In this document: positions 28,472 through 42,599 of the stretch, piece after piece | Position numbering within the stretch: position 1 is the first letter of the stretch | How the letters are laid out: each line of letters begins with the position of its first letter | DNA from: Eledone cirrhosa | Lineage: Eukaryota | Assembly (NCBI GenBank): GCA_964016885.1 | Contig: OZ024742.1 | Span: forward strand, 236,220,001 to 236,284,000 | DNA: 64,000 nt | Direction: 5' to 3' | Translations under genes and position numbers: made by a program | Notes under the pieces: generated by a model | What the model was told of the DNA's origin: nothing | What the model saw: only the letters and a program-made list of their open reading frames with translations | Databases searched by the model: none

Positions 28472-29927
28472 TAACAGATTAAAGTTTAAGCAAAGAATCG
28501 CTGCTTTCACACTTAACGGGATCTTCTGAAACGAACAAAGTCAATCTGTGAACGCAGAAGTAAATATTTCAAAAAACGTTGCACAGGAAGACGATAGTTT
28601 GGTTCGTGGAAACGTTCTCTGGCAAAGAACGGGAAAAAACGAATATAATACGCCATTATTTGGAGCGGTGAAAAACAATTACACGCAAAGACAAAACCAC
28701 GTTTATGGTATAAAAGAAGTCGTAGACTAATATTCTATTAGGTGGTTCATAGAGACGTTCCTTGGCAATGAACGAAAAAAGACGAAGATAATACGTCATA
28801 TGTGGAGCGGGGAGAACAATTCCACGCAAAGACAAAACCACGTAAATGGTATAACTGAAGTCGTAGACTAAAATTCTAACTAGGAAACCGAATGATTCTC
28901 GGCTTCAGAGTTAAGAATAAAGTAAATAAAATATACCATTACTTATTTGTATAGGTAAATATATATTGCCTGTATGTTTTCTGAAGGTACGTATACTTTC
29001 TCGTACGTATATTTGATTGTATATGTTATGGCGTATATATTATATATTCTGGTTCATATGCTTTTGGTTATGTGTATACGTGAGTTTTGCGTCTGTGTGA
29101 GTATGCGGGTTCGTACGTATGTTGGGTGTGTGTATATGTGTACTTTGTGTTTTGGTTGACGTAGTCTCCGAACATATGTGTATTTACATGTAGGTATGTG
29201 TGTGCGCTTGTTATATACGTATTTATTTATTTATATACGTTTATTTAATTATATGTATACACGCACACACACACACCCATATATATATATATTTTTTTAA
29301 ATATATATTTTTATGTGTATTTGGTGTATACATTCGTATGCATGCGGCTACAGCCATTGCGTGGGTTCTGTATGTGCGTGCGGGTTTCTTTTTTGTGTGT
29401 ACGTGCGTGTATTTGTATACCTATGGCGAGTGTTTTCGTGTATGCTTGTGTATGTAGGTATATGGATGCGTGTATGTATTTATTTAATTTCAATTACCTC
29501 TGTATTTTATTTACTTTATTCTTAACTCTGAAGCCGAGAATCATTCGGTTTCAGAGTTAGAATTTTAGTCTACGACTTCAGTTATACCATAAACGTGGTT
29601 TTCTCTTTGCGTGGAATTGTTTTTCACCGCTCCAAATAATGACGTATTATATTCGTTTTTTTCCCGTTCTTTGCCAGGGAACGTTTCCACGAACCAAAGT
29701 ATCGGCTTCCTGTTTTCCTTCGGTTGCAACGTTTTTTGAAATATTTACTTTTGCGTTCACAGATTGACTTTGTTAGTTTCAGAAGATCCCGTTAAGGGTG
29801 AAAGTAGCGATTCTTTGCTTAAACCTGTTATTTTAATAAATATTTTGCTCTACGGTTCTTATATATTTGATATATATTTATCCTTATCGAGCCCTCTTTG
29901 GATTTTAGTCTTCAAATTTATTATTAT

Positions 29928-29932
<5 letters not shown>
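28465..29932. mobile_element. Family B head-to-head inverted pair (arms ~28465-28935 -, ~29500-29932 +) around a ~570-bp TG/TA-rich spacer
   Basis: Long inverted similarity, e.g. ccgaatgattctcggcttcagagttaagaataaagtaaataaaata; HHRs at 28484-28532 (-) and 29776-29824 (+). Confidence 0.85.
29776..29824 (+). ncRNA. Hammerhead-like motif, family B (CAGAAGA core variant)
   Basis: GTTT CAGAAGA TCCC GTTAA GGGT GAAA GTA..TGC TT AAAC; the same core at 28484-28532, 36731-36779 and 46067-46115 (all -). Confidence 0.6.
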
Positions 29933-29975
<43 letters not shown>

Positions 29976-30120
29976 AGGTTTGACGGACCCAGCATATTTA
30001 TCAATGCCAGTACCGGTTGTATCTCAGCGCACTCCATGGGCAATGTAAGCTACATTCCCAGAGTATGCACAAAGCTATTTGCTTCAACACAACACACGCA
30101 AAACGGGTGCCTATAAGGTT

Positions 30121-30230
30121 CCCGGACTCGAGTTTCTGCCGCACTAATGCAGCAGTAAGGTGCACTGCACCATCTGTCTGCATATATTATGCAACAATGC
30201 ACAATCGGCTTATGCGGCTTCATCAGTGGG
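30121..30230 (-). ncRNA. Hammerhead, family H (long stem II insert)
   Basis: Reverse complement CCCA CTGATGA A GCCGCA...TGCGGC A GAAA CTCGAG TC CGGG; palindromic ACTCGAGT. Confidence 0.7.
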
Positions 30231-30496
30231 TATCGCCTAATTAAAAACCAATCGATCGACAGAATCCTAAGACCAGCCTATATATATATATATATCTACG
30301 AGTGTGTCTGTGTGTGTGGATAGGAGCTATTTGTCAGATCGAACCAAGGAAACAATATTTCCATTCAGTTTTGCCATTTCTGACAGAAGATGCAATGTGA
30401 AATAAAGTAATTTTGCTTAAGAACACAACCCACCGCCCTGCCCAGGAATGAAGCCCACGACCTTATCACTGTGAGGCGAACACTCATCCACTAGGA

Positions 30497-30738
30497 CAGG
30501 CATGTCAAACATCCGGCCCACGGGCCGCATGCAGCCCTTTACAATCACACCTGCAGCCCTTTACAATCACACCTGCACCCCGTACAAAGATTTTTTACAG
30601 CGCGAGTATGTTTTATCTTCGTAATATAAAATTAAAACAAATTATTTGTAATGTGCGCAACTAGTTAACGTGTGTGGCCCTCAGACAACACATATGTGAC
30701 CCATGTGGTCCTCGGGAACCCTCAGTTTGACATGCCTG
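30497..30738. mobile_element. hAT (Charlie-like) MITE inserted into a SINE family 2 head
   Basis: TIR CAGGCATGTCAAAC...GTTTGACATGCCTG; 8-bp TSD cactagga/cactaggc; internal 22-bp duplication; flanks rejoin to a SINE A-box on the minus strand. Confidence 0.85.
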
Positions 30739-30783
30739 CACTAGGCCACGCGTGTTATACACATACACGGGCGCACACACACT

Positions 30784-30814
<31 letters not shown>

Positions 30815-31776
30815 CTTAAGAAATGAAGAAAATCTCGAAAGCAGAAGAATAGTTGTAAAAAACAGCTACAGAAATAAAATAAAATTACCCCTATAGAAGG
30901 AAAATGTGGCCAAACACACACACACGTTAGTGTGTGTGTGTGTGTGTGTGTGTGTATAGTAATATTTTCTGTGTATATTAAGATACCCCATTTTTAATGT
31001 ACGTCTGTGCCACACCAGTGGTTCCTGTCTTGGAACCTGATACAAATTTAAAACGACTTTCATTACTGCGATGCATATGTATAGCTCCAACACGGCATTT
31101 GAATACAGGAAATGAGAAATCAACATTGTCATTTATTGAAAAGCCAATTTCCGGTTGCTATTTATTTCCATAAAAAAGTTTGTTTTTAAGATAAAAGCAT
31201 AAATATTATTTTTATTTTATAAATTTGGCATTTTAGAACTATTCATTTATGTTTATATAAAAGAATGTTTTACCTCTCGCAAATGCCACTACAACACATA
31301 ATTAACTATAATACAATTGAATAAAATAGCCTGTCATATGTTTGAAAGCCGTGGTACCACTGTATGTATAGTGGCAACATAGTCTTCCAGGATACTGTAG
31401 AGGCGTTGTTCAATTCCTACAAAGAATTCTGTTCATTTTTTCTGTCTCAAAGGATTATATTCTCGATTTTATTTAACTAGATAATATGTGTTGTAGCAGC
31501 ATTATCTTAAATTTCAATTTGACTACACTCTCCTCAAACCTTGTTTACACTCTTGTCATAAATTATATGTTCATACTTGGTAATCACTTGTCCTGTATCG
31601 CCCAACTTGCCGAAACAAAATATTTGAGGGAACATGTGCAGCATAAACTAGACGCATCGCAGAGGTTTAGAGGAACAGCTCCACACGCAAGACACGAGCG
31701 ATATCTACCTCCTCGGCAGCACATACCGCACGTGCCCCACGTGTGGGTGTGGTTTACGGGCCTGAATTGGCCTCAC

Positions 31777-31823
31777 CTGACACATCCGGTCCCATAGTCA
31801 AATATTCGTCGTTACCTTCTTCT
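31777..31823 (-). CDS. Candidate 47-nt host exon (EEGNDEYLTMGPDVS)
   Basis: Minus strand: ttttgtcgttcgtctttcag acceptor, CAG|GTGAGG donor, one open frame; non-repetitive context. Confidence 0.25.
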
Positions 31824-32102
31824 CTGAAAGACGAACGACAAAACTCTACACCAAAAACGAAACCAGAATGATTAATTCAGGGTTCGTTTAAATATAGGTC
31901 TGCTGAGTTAGATAAAAGCCGCCTGTGGTCAAGGAAGGGTATCATTTTGTCGACATATCCTTCGCATTTACCGAGTGCTGTATCTTTTTATTAGATTGCC
32001 GACATGGCCAATGAGAGAGACGCCAGCTGGAATGCACATGCACATGCTCATGTATGTTGTGTAACTGTCTCTCTGTGGACATATGGATGTAAATACGGGC
32101 GC

Positions 32103-32135
<33 letters not shown>

Positions 32136-32139
32136 CATA

Positions 32140-32231
<92 letters not shown>

Positions 32232-32255
32232 ATATGTATATATATATATATATGC

Positions 32256-32352
<97 letters not shown>

Positions 32353-32422
32353 TAAATAAAATATAGAGTTATTAACTCATATTGATACCCTGCAATTAAC
32401 AAGCTCAAAGTATAAAATATAT

Positions 32423-32613
32423 AAGGGCGGTGGATTGACAGTATTGGTAGAGGGTCGGACGCCATGCTTTGCAGCATAGTTACGTCCCTTTACGATCTGA
32501 GTTCAAATCCCGCCGAGGTTGACTTTGCCTTTCATCCTTACGGGGTTGATAAAATAAAGTACCAGTAATGTACTGGTGTAATTGCTGGCCTTGTGTCAAT
32601 AGTAGAAACAATT
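32423..32613 (+). mobile_element. SINE family 1, full length (others at ~39908-40040 -, 40958-41146 +, 46451-46552 -, 57203-57396 +, 61936-62082 -, 63040-63200 -)
   Basis: A/B boxes and conserved body cctttcatccttacggggt.gataaaataaagtaccag. Confidence 0.85.
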
Positions 32614-32623
32614 ATAATATTAA

Positions 32624-32903
32624 TAATATATGTAGAAATAAATACAGTAAATTCTGCATCTAAAATTACGAGGGTAGATTATACCACAAATGTTTTATAT
32701 ATTTAAACTGAAGCATACAGTCAGATACAAGATTTCCTATACATACCGTCTGTCCGAGAGATGAAATCGTTATTGATACGGTATGTATAGGAAATCTTGT
32801 ATCTTACTGTATGCTTCAGTTTAAATATATAAAACATTTGTGGTATAATCTACCCTCGTAATTTTAGATGCAGAATTTACTGTATTTATTTCTACATATA
32901 TTA
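32624..32903. repeat. Near-perfect inverted repeat (~124-bp arms, ~28-nt centre)
   Basis: atatgtagaaataaatacag...tatacataccgt / acggtatgtata...ctgtatttatttctacatat. Confidence 0.9.
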
Positions 32904-33065
32904 ATATATATGTAGGAGGTGAGTTTTATTGTAGTTCAATAAAGCAATGCAGATATCGGATAAGAAGCACTCTACAGTTTGTAGGACTGGAGTATACATA
33001 ATATATATGTTGATTTAAAACTGCACTATCCACAAGTGTTTTTTAACCTTCATATCATGACTTCC

Positions 33066-33136
33066 TATTTTATCTGATGAAAACACAAATATTATTGCAT
33101 GATGATATTTGTTTTTGAAATGCGCATAATAAAATA
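33066..33136 (+). ncRNA. Type I hammerhead, family A (element ~32910-33165; related piece at 3390-3482)
   Basis: Stem I TATTTTAT/ATAAAATA; CTGATGA 33074-33080; long stem II; GAAA 33117-33120; palindromic TGCGCA; TA cleavage site. Confidence 0.8.
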
Positions 33137-33177
33137 CATGGAACTCTTTTAACCATCTTTTGTTCTTATATATTATA

Positions 33178-33319
<142 letters not shown>

Positions 33320-33359
33320 TCTGGTTTTATAATTTCACAAATTTTTACCAGTAGAGAGA

Positions 33360-33612
33360 GAGAGCCGGTTTCTAACGTAGATACAAGACTCTCTCATTGG
33401 AATTTACACAACATCAACTAGGTAGATATATATGCATGTCTGTAAGCATGCATGTGTGTGCAGGTATGGATGTTATTGTATGTGTGGATGTATATGTTTT
33501 GAGTTTTATGTGTGCATGTGCATATGCTTTGAATATGTACAAGTGTATATGCAGTTATTAGATGCCGAATTTTTGGAATGTTTTACATATTTTTACTGTT
33601 CCATTAATGGAT
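33360..33612 (-). mobile_element. 3' end of the RLE-type LINE family also seen at 39290-39885
   Basis: Reverse complement aatggaacagtaaaaatatgtaaaacatt...aaccggctctct matches 39641-39885. Confidence 0.6.
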
Positions 33613-33699
33613 TGTATGTATGTATGTATGTATGTATGTATGTATGTATGTATGTATGTATGCATGTATGTATGTATGTATGTGCCTTTGTTCACTATA

Positions 33700-33930
33700 A
33701 AAGCTTCACGGCACAGGCATTGCTTTATATCTGGAGATCTCTCTGCACTTGTCGTCACCTGGTACCATGGGCCCACCACTAATTGTCACAAGTGTAGTGT
33801 TTGTACCAGAGTTTTCAAGTCGCTGGCTGGACTAAAAGATCACACTCGTTCAGCACATCGGTAGGGGTTCTCCTACATGGATATAAACTAGTGGCCGTAC
33901 TCGAAAACGAGTTGGCAGCCACCATACCAT
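33700..33930 (+). mobile_element. RTE-type LINE 3' end with C2H2 finger
   Basis: HKCSVCTRVFKSLAGLKDHTRSAHR*, short UTR with ctcg..aacgag hairpin, (TATG)n tail; similar tail at ~6470-6512 (-). Confidence 0.6.
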
Positions 33931-34133
33931 GTATGTATGTATGTATATGTGTGTGTGTGTGAGTACTAGGTTCAATCGGTGGTAATGAAACAGTTCTAGT
34001 CCTGTAAAAGCCATTTCTATATTAAACTTGATGTTTACACTCTACTCATGTATTGAGTACCTTACTAACTGTATATTTGTATGTATGTATGCATATATGT
34101 ATGTATATGCGTATAGTATATATATATATGAGT

Positions 34134-34482
<349 letters not shown>

Positions 34483-34503
34483 TATATACATAATATATAC
34501 ATA

Positions 34504-34538
<35 letters not shown>

Positions 34539-34825
34539 CGTATATATATATATATATATGTGTGGCGGAGTGGTTAGAGAATTGGATTCGCAATTGTGAG
34601 GTTGTGAGTTCAATTCCTGGACCGGGCGATGCGTTATGTCCTTGAGCAAGACACTTTATTTCACATTGCTCCTTCTACCTGGAGTTGCGACCGATAGATA
34701 GTATTAGCAATTGGAAAGACCAATGGAAGCATTGTTTCCTCGGTCCGATTTGACGAAAGTCGATCGTTCCTATATATATATATATATATGTGTGTGTGTA
34801 TATGTATATATATATATATATATAT

Positions 34826-35007
34826 ATAACGAAGGAAATGTGGTAAGGAACCAGGTGGACCATAACGCACGAAAGTACTCAATATTTAGGGTAGTAGAGT
34901 GGGTAATAGGAACGAGTAGGACCCCGACGGCTGAGCTCAAGCCGTTTCGTGGGTCCAGAATTAGCCGTCGAAACGGCTTGAGCTCAGCCGTCGGGGTCCT
35001 ACTCGTT

Positions 35008-35010
<3 letters not shown>
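34826..35010. mobile_element. Family R head-to-head pair (long arm -, short arm +)
   Basis: ...gagctcaagccgtttcg | ggtccagaattagccgtcGAAAcggcttgagctcagccgTCggggtcctactcgttccta(TA)n. Confidence 0.8.
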
Positions 35011-35045
<35 letters not shown>

Positions 35046-35827
35046 GGCGCACGTTTATACATCCATATGCGCAGAGAGGGACACTGTCACACACATACAT
35101 GTGCGTGTGTATGTGCACAAATGTATTGACCTATGTGCGTGTATGTGTGTTTTCATTTGTGAGCGAGTTTATCGAAATCATTTAAACCGGATAACCGCCT
35201 GAATGCTAGTCACACTCACACACACACGCACGCGCACACGCACACACACACGCACAGACAAACGCACATACACACACACACAAACAAACATACACACACA
35301 CACACATATACATATATCAAAGTTCAGAAGCAGAGGTGGTGTTGATGTGGGCGGTACCATAAATGTTACCACCCACTTTATGACGAATGTTCAATCTTTT
35401 CTGTCTAGCAGTCAGTACCAACATCAACATTGAAGCCATATATATATATATACAGACACACACACGCACGCACGCACACACACACACACACACAAATATA
35501 TATATATATATATATATTTATAAATATATATAAATATGTATAAGTTTATATATATTTGTGTGTATATGTATGTGTATTTCGTATGTGCGTATGTGCGTTT
35601 GTGTGTGTATTTCTATGCGTTCTGCTTGTTGGACTGTTACCCAGTTTAAATGTTTCCGATAAACTCACTCGTACATACATAAATGCCAATACTCTCATAC
35701 GCATACACATACGTATATATGTATATGGAATTGTGTGTGTTTGACGCCTGTGTTTGACCACACATACATGTATGTCAATGTATCCGTCTTTTTGATTCTG
35801 TCTGTTGTCTATCTCTCCCTATTCTCC

Positions 35828-35913
<86 letters not shown>

Positions 35914-36538
35914 GTCGATGTATTTGTGTTTTGCGTGATGTGTATGTATGTGTGTATGTGTGTGTTCATTAGCGAGTGTGTTTGTTAAAACACATTACAC
36001 ACATATACAGGGTTAGCTGCTAAATAATACTACACAGAGCTTATATAGTTGACAAGCCAATAAAAAAGGGAGAAAATTTGAAAAATAGTTGGAGGATAGC
36101 TTATACGAACCAGTTGTAGTATGATGCTGAATTCTGTTGATGACAAATACTAGCCAATGATATTACGTTGTGTCTGAAGAGATTCCATTTTTCTTAACCG
36201 CTTGCCTGTCTTCTCCCGCCTCATATATGTTGTCTGTGATCTCAGTGAGCCGTTCTTCCTCCACCCATAGGCAAACGAGCGGCGAATGAATGTGCACTGA
36301 AACTCTAATACACTCATATTTGTATCTCTTATAGCTAGATGACTTGCGAAGGCGTGTGGCTTAGTAGTTAGGATTGCTGAACTCTCAAGTTCATGAGTTC
36401 GATTCTGGATCGGCCGGCGCTTTGTGTCCTTGAGCAAGACACTTTATTATTCGGTGCTCTAGCTCACACACCTGATGCCAAGCTGTATTAGGTATACAAC
36501 AATTTGCCATGTATTTTATACAATATTGTATACCACTA

Positions 36539-36833
36539 CTAGCAGAATGGCCCGGCGTTACTCGGGATTTGCTCTAGGGTTGTTTTATATTTGATATATA
36601 TTTATCCTTATCGAGCCTCGTGAAATAAATACGTTTGTTTATATTTTGTTATAGTGTATGCAAAAATATCTGTACACGAATATATAATTATATATATATA
36701 TATATATATATATTGAAATAACAGATTAAAGTTTAAACAAAGAATCGCTGCTTTCACCCTTAACGGGATCTTCTGAAACTAAAAAAAATCAATCTGTGAA
36801 CGCAGAAGTAAATATTTCGAAAAACGTTACACA

Positions 36834-36891
<58 letters not shown>

Positions 36892-37214
36892 TATATATGC
36901 ATATACACACACACACACCGCGTCATAATGTCGTAATGCAGACAGCCAGGCATACAGACAGATATTATAAGGGCGCAACGTTATATCTATGTATCTATCT
37001 AAAAAAGAGAAAGACTAAGAATTATAGAGAGAGATCACTAAATCGCATAATGCGGTCACTAGGGCATTGAAAATTCGAAATTGTTTTCGCTCAAAACACT
37101 CACAGGACCATAAGTATTACATGTGTAAAGTTTGAAAACAATCGGTTGGGTGGTTCTCGAGTTTTAGTGAGCAGACAGACAGACTACAGACATTCTCTGT
37201 TTTATATATATAGA
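36539..37214 (-). mobile_element. Non-autonomous Helitron (same family as 809-1656), interrupted by family B HHR fragments; inverted duplicate of its 5' end at ~37297-37372
   Basis: CTAG plus cccggcgttactcggg hairpin at the left, ttttatatatatagaT at the right; 36955-37170 matches 1397-1610. Confidence 0.7.
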
Positions 37215-37265
37215 TGATTACAAATTGAGCGTCCTTTCTTTAATGATTACAACTATATATTCAGG

Positions 37266-37298
<33 letters not shown>

Positions 37299-37368
37299 GT
37301 CTGTATGTCTGTCTGTCTGCTCACTAAAACTCGAGAACCACTCAACCGATTGTTTTCAAACTTTACAC

Positions 37369-37426
<58 letters not shown>

Positions 37427-37475
37427 AGTGAAGAATAACATGGTCAACAGTACAAACAAGGGTTTTATTTACAGT

Positions 37476-37583
37476 ATTTTAACAATTGTTTCACTGATTA
37501 AGTTGTCTAAAAATTGCTGAACACTTGAAGCTGTGCCACTCAATTTTAAATACGATGTTAGCTTAACCAGATCACCAGAAAGG
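37476..37583 (-). ncRNA. Hammerhead, family I (A6->G)
   Basis: Reverse complement TTT CTGGTGA T CTGGTTAAG...CTTAATCAG T GAAA CAATTG TT AAA. Confidence 0.55.
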
Positions 37584-37754
37584 ATACATACTCAGCGTTT
37601 ACGAATTCAAATTACCACATCATTAATAATGATATCTAAATATTAGATATCTATACATAGAAAGAGAAGAGGTGGTCACAAAATGTCTCTCCTTTGTTCA
37701 GTCCATCTTCATGGTGTAGGACAGAACAAATGAGGGACACAAAATCAGAAATCA

Positions 37755-37797
37755 GTCACTGAGGAGGTCACAGAATGTGTGACCAAAGAGCTTTGAC
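37755..37797 (+). ncRNA. Hammerhead, family J (G12 deleted)
   Basis: GTCA CTGAGGA GGTCACA GAATG TGTGACC -AAA GAGC TT TGAC; partner copy at 45367-45409. Confidence 0.65.
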
Positions 37798-38101
37798 AAT
37801 ATATAAACAACCATCCGGTTATTGAACCAACCAGCCGGAAATTTATAATAAATTGAAGTGAAAACAAACAGGTGCGTGTGTTTTAATTGGCAGCATGACC
37901 CTCCCAAAGTATAACAATATATATATATTCCTATTTTTGGTGAGGCTAGGTGTCACAACCTTAAACAATTCATAGTGGAAGGCCTTAAAATGTTTTTCAT
38001 AAACAATAAACACCTCGTATATTGTTCAATATGATACATACATGTATATGTAGGAGCACCAATACAAATTTATATATATATATATATATAATATATATAT
38101 A

Positions 38102-38150
<49 letters not shown>

Positions 38151-38176
38151 CGAAATTAAGTGCTTAATTAGTTCAT

Positions 38177-38316
38177 TTTTTACGATCGTTTCAGATGGCT
38201 CATTGATCGTGCGTTACATAATTATTATTGACTTGATTGACTAGTCGATAGTAGTTATGTAACTTCCTATTATTAGTTTCGATATAATATATCAATCAAA
38301 CCGTCTTCGACTGAAA
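38177..38316 (-). ncRNA. Degenerate hammerhead, family K
   Basis: Reverse complement TTT CAGTCGA AGACGGTTTGATTGAT...ATCAATGAGCCATCT GAAA CGATCG TA AAA. Confidence 0.4.
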
Positions 38317-38672
38317 CATTCCGGTCCAGGGATACTCTCACCATTATTCTTCTCTACTATATCTTTGTCCGGTCCCATCTTGGATACTGTTGCCCGTTGA
38401 TGTTTCCCCATACGAAACAAAATATTATGAACATTGATGAAGCCCAGAAGTCTATTAAAAATAGACGACATGACTTACCTTGACTAATTAGGTCGGGTAG
38501 AAAACCTCAAACTCTACTTGCTCCACATTGGCAAACCAATGTGGCCGAACATCAACATGCAAGAATCTTAACGTCAAAACAATTTAACCTAATAACAAAT
38601 GTTTTGGAGATCCAAAACGGAGAAAGTAAGCTTTACTAACATCAGTTTCTTATACATGTTATAAAGATCCTT

Positions 38673-38722
<50 letters not shown>

Positions 38723-38741
38723 AAGAAAAGGGTTCGAAAAA

Positions 38742-38789
<48 letters not shown>

Positions 38790-38914
38790 TTTTTCGAACC
38801 CTTTTCTTTTATCATTTTCCGTATATAACGTCATCTGTATAGAAGGTTTTCTAACGTCCACACTTATATATATACTTTGAAAAATGAAACCAAACACTGC
38901 TAATTATATCATAT

Positions 38915-38961
38915 TTTAATTAACATATGTTTCATCCTTAATTACGAGTACTCAGAATTAA
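38915..38961 (-). ncRNA. Degenerate hammerhead, family L
   Basis: Reverse complement TTAATT CTGAGTA ctcgtaattaaggat GAAA CATATG TT AATTAA. Confidence 0.4.
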
Positions 38962-39051
38962 ATAAGATATAAATTCCTTAACACCGAAATATTTCCTCCA
39001 AAATATACAATTGTCTGTTTTCGAAGTTGAAAACGAATTACTTTATATATG

Positions 39052-39095
<44 letters not shown>

Positions 39096-39289
39096 CGTGT
39101 GTGTGTGTGTGGGGGGGGGGGGGGGGTATACAAGGACGATTTGTTAAGCCTTCATACGTTTGTTGATTGGTGACGCGCGTTTCGCTATTGATCAGCTGAA
39201 GGCCAAAACACTACACAATGCAATCCGTAGAAAAGATAGCCCCGACTAAAATCATATTAAAAGTTACAGCAATATGGAAGACATATACA

Positions 39290-39885
39290 TACATAATATG
39301 AGTACTGGTGGAATGTTCCAGTCAAAACCCCAGTAAAATGCAAGCATAAAAGACCAGATATAATGATATGGAACAGGGAAAAGAAGGCATGCACAGCAGT
39401 GGAAGCCAAATACCCAGCAGATGCGAAAATAATATTAAGGATTAGTTAAAAGGAGAACATTTCTACAGAACTAATGAGGCACCTCCAGATACTCCACCCT
39501 GACTATGCCTTCAGATTTATACCTGCGATCATTAGGGCACTGGGATATGTTAGTAAGTGCCTCAGTACACATTTTGAGAAGTTGGGCTTCAAAGAATCAG
39601 AAAGTACACAACTAATTAGGGGTTACATGTACAATGCAAGAATGGAACGGCAAAAATATGTAAAACATGCCAAACATTCTGCCTGCATAACTGCATAAAC
39701 ACATGTATAGATACAAAACGTATATAACTCAAAACATACAGATCCACACATACAATAACATCCATATTTGCACACACACGCATCCGCACGCATACACACG
39801 CACGTATGCAAACATACATACCTAGTCGATGTTATCTAAATTCCAATGAAAATGTTTTGTATCTATGTTTAGTAACCGGCTCTCT
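39290..39885 (+). mobile_element. Third RLE-type (R4/Dong-like) LINE 3' remnant
   Basis: EYWWNVPVKTPVKCKHKRPDIMIWNREKKACTAVE...FIPAIIRALGYV; preceded by CATA repeats. Confidence 0.7.
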
Positions 39886-40216
39886 TTCTATAAAAAAAAA
39901 TGTATAAAATAATTATTTCTACTTTTGGCACAAAGCTAGCAATTTAAAAGGGAGAGGAAAGTCGATTAAATCGACCCCACTGCATTACTGGTGCTTTAAT
40001 TATCGACCCTGTAAGGATGAAAGGCAAAGTTAACCTCGGCGATAATGAAACCAGAACATACATACATATATACACAAACATGCATAAAACACACACGCAC
40101 TCAGAAAAATGTACATACACATACACACAAATACATGCATACATAGTCACATACGTACTTAAGTCCATACATACATTCATACATACATGTATACAAACAT
40201 GCATACATTCATATGG

Positions 40217-40250
<34 letters not shown>

Positions 40251-41679
40251 ACATATATATATATATATATATACACACACATACAAACACATATACATAC
40301 ATATATAGGTACACACAAACCTATCTACATACATACACACGTACGAATAGATATAACATCATACATACATATATACGTACATACACACGTAGGTACAAGC
40401 CTATACATATATACACACGCAAAGACATAAAACATATAAACAGAACCCTATTTGTATGAATGTTATCAGAAACCCCAAATAATAATACAAATAATCTTTA
40501 ATGATATTCCTCCGAATCGTATTGCTTATTTTTGTAATGAAATTCCACCTTGATGGAGGTGTCGCTTTTGCTTTAGACTTTCAGCTGATGGTCTTCAGAG
40601 AATTGGACCGTTGGTTCAAAAGGACAAATCTACAGTATATTGATATCACAGATACAGAGATTATGTTGAAAACTCATGGACATTTAGTGCATATTTGAGT
40701 AAAATGGTCTAACATGATGGCCGCTTTAACACCACCACCTGGTCGTTGGCAGGGTCGCTGCTACCATTAATACCCACATGGCAGCTACCTAGGGCGCAAA
40801 CATTACAGTGGCACATTACTGAACCTTATAGGATCACAGTTTAATTGACTTTTTTTTTCTTTTAATGGTTTCAGTCATTAAACTGCGGCCATGTTGGGGC
40901 ACCTCCTTGAAGATATTTAGTCAATCATATCGACACAAGTATTTATTTATTTCGAGTATTGGCAGTATCGGTAGAGAGTCGGACGCACGCCATGCTTTGT
41001 AGCATAGAGTTACGGCCCCTTACGGTCTAAGCTCAAATCCCGCTGAGGATAAGTCTGCCTTTCATCCTTACGGGGTTGGTAAAATAAAGTACTAGTAATG
41101 CACTGGGATAATTGCTGACCTTGTGCTAAACGTAGAAACAATTATTACGAATTGTATCGATCTCATTTTTGTTGAGTCGCTAAATTACGAAACACAGACA
41201 TTGACACAAACGTAAACATAGACACACACACACATACACGTATATATACGTATATATTATATATGCGCATATATGACAGGCTACTGCAGTTTCCAGCAAC
41301 CAAACTCCATAAGGCATTGGTTAATCCGAGACTTTACTAGAAGACACTGTATCACGCAACAGGAATGAATTCAGGTCCACGTAGTCACGAGGCAAATCCC
41401 TCAACTACACAGCTATGTCTGCGCGTTTATGTTGAAAATTCACGGGCATTAAACTGATACTTGTGTAAAAGCTGTCGTAACACAACAACAAATGTAATAC
41501 TACCACCACCATTGGTACAGTCGGCGCTATCAGTAAGTCCGTCTAGGCTGCTGCTCAGGGTGCATACGTCAGAGAATCGCGTTACCAACATATAGTACAT
41601 AAAAGGCACAACAGCATTTTCCGCGACAGAAATGAAATGACAAGACCGTATTAATGATCGATCAAGCAATAGCAAATAA

Positions 41680-41905
41680 AGGAGTGTGGGTTCAATTCCT
41701 GGACCGAGTAATGCCTTGAGTTCTTGACCAAAGCACTTCATTTCACCTGGCGCCATTATACTCTGCTGAAAATGAGTATCAGCAGTAGCTGTAGGCTTAA
41801 CCCTGTGATGGACTAGCATTCTGTCTACCGGGAAGTCGCTTTACTCCAAGGAAACCAAGATAAGCACCGGCCTAATGAGCCTCCGAGCTTGAGACAGACT
41901 TTAGA
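41680..41905 (+). mobile_element. SINE family 2 (V-domain-like core), diverged
   Basis: gggttcaattcc B box; aaccctgtgatggactagca; gaaaccaagataagcaccggcc; homologous to 47062-47340. Confidence 0.65.
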
Positions 41906-42599
41906 TTTTAGAATACTAAATGATTATAACGTTATGTAGAAGGGAGCTGACACTAACTTACCTAAATTCATGGCCAGCGCTACCATTATGGCCAACTAAT
42001 CAGCCGCTATGGTCGCAAATTTCAGAGTGGCTCATTACTGTATCATAAATGATTACAGTTTTATACAGAAATGTGAAGAATTAAATTAAAAACATAATAA
42101 TCTCTTGCGATTAATAAGTATATAGCTAAACATCTTTGCCGCGTAGTATCAGTGTTGTGAAAATATCCAAAATGGTGGAGACGAACGCATGTTCTTATGA
42201 TCTGTCACATAATATGGGGTCAGTGGATGTGGACTGTGTGGAGAAAAAATGCAGGTTTAATAATTTTGTAATATAGTCAGAGCAAGAAATGTCAAAAACT
42301 AGGTTCGTCAGCTTACTTAACTGTCAGTTGTTATTATTTTATTTATGATAATGGGGTGCACATTGTAATTGGAGTAATTTATCTTGTCTCCCTTTTTGAA
42401 AATTGGGGTTATTACTCCAGACTGCCATTGATTAAGTGCTTTTCCAGAGATCCAGGCCACCCGGCATACACAAGTCAGTCAGAGAATACCTTCTCTATTT
42501 AAGGCTTTTAACATCTCGGGCTGGATTTCATTTGAGCTCTTTAACTGCTCTTGTGACCTCAGCCTACGAGAGATTAGTCATCGGACCTTGATACACCTC

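Noticed and set aside
33074-33120. Box C/D snoRNA reading of the many TGATGA motifs
   Set aside because: Each is preceded by C and followed by a hairpin, GAAA and closing stems, with no terminal D box; the hammerhead layout fits better.
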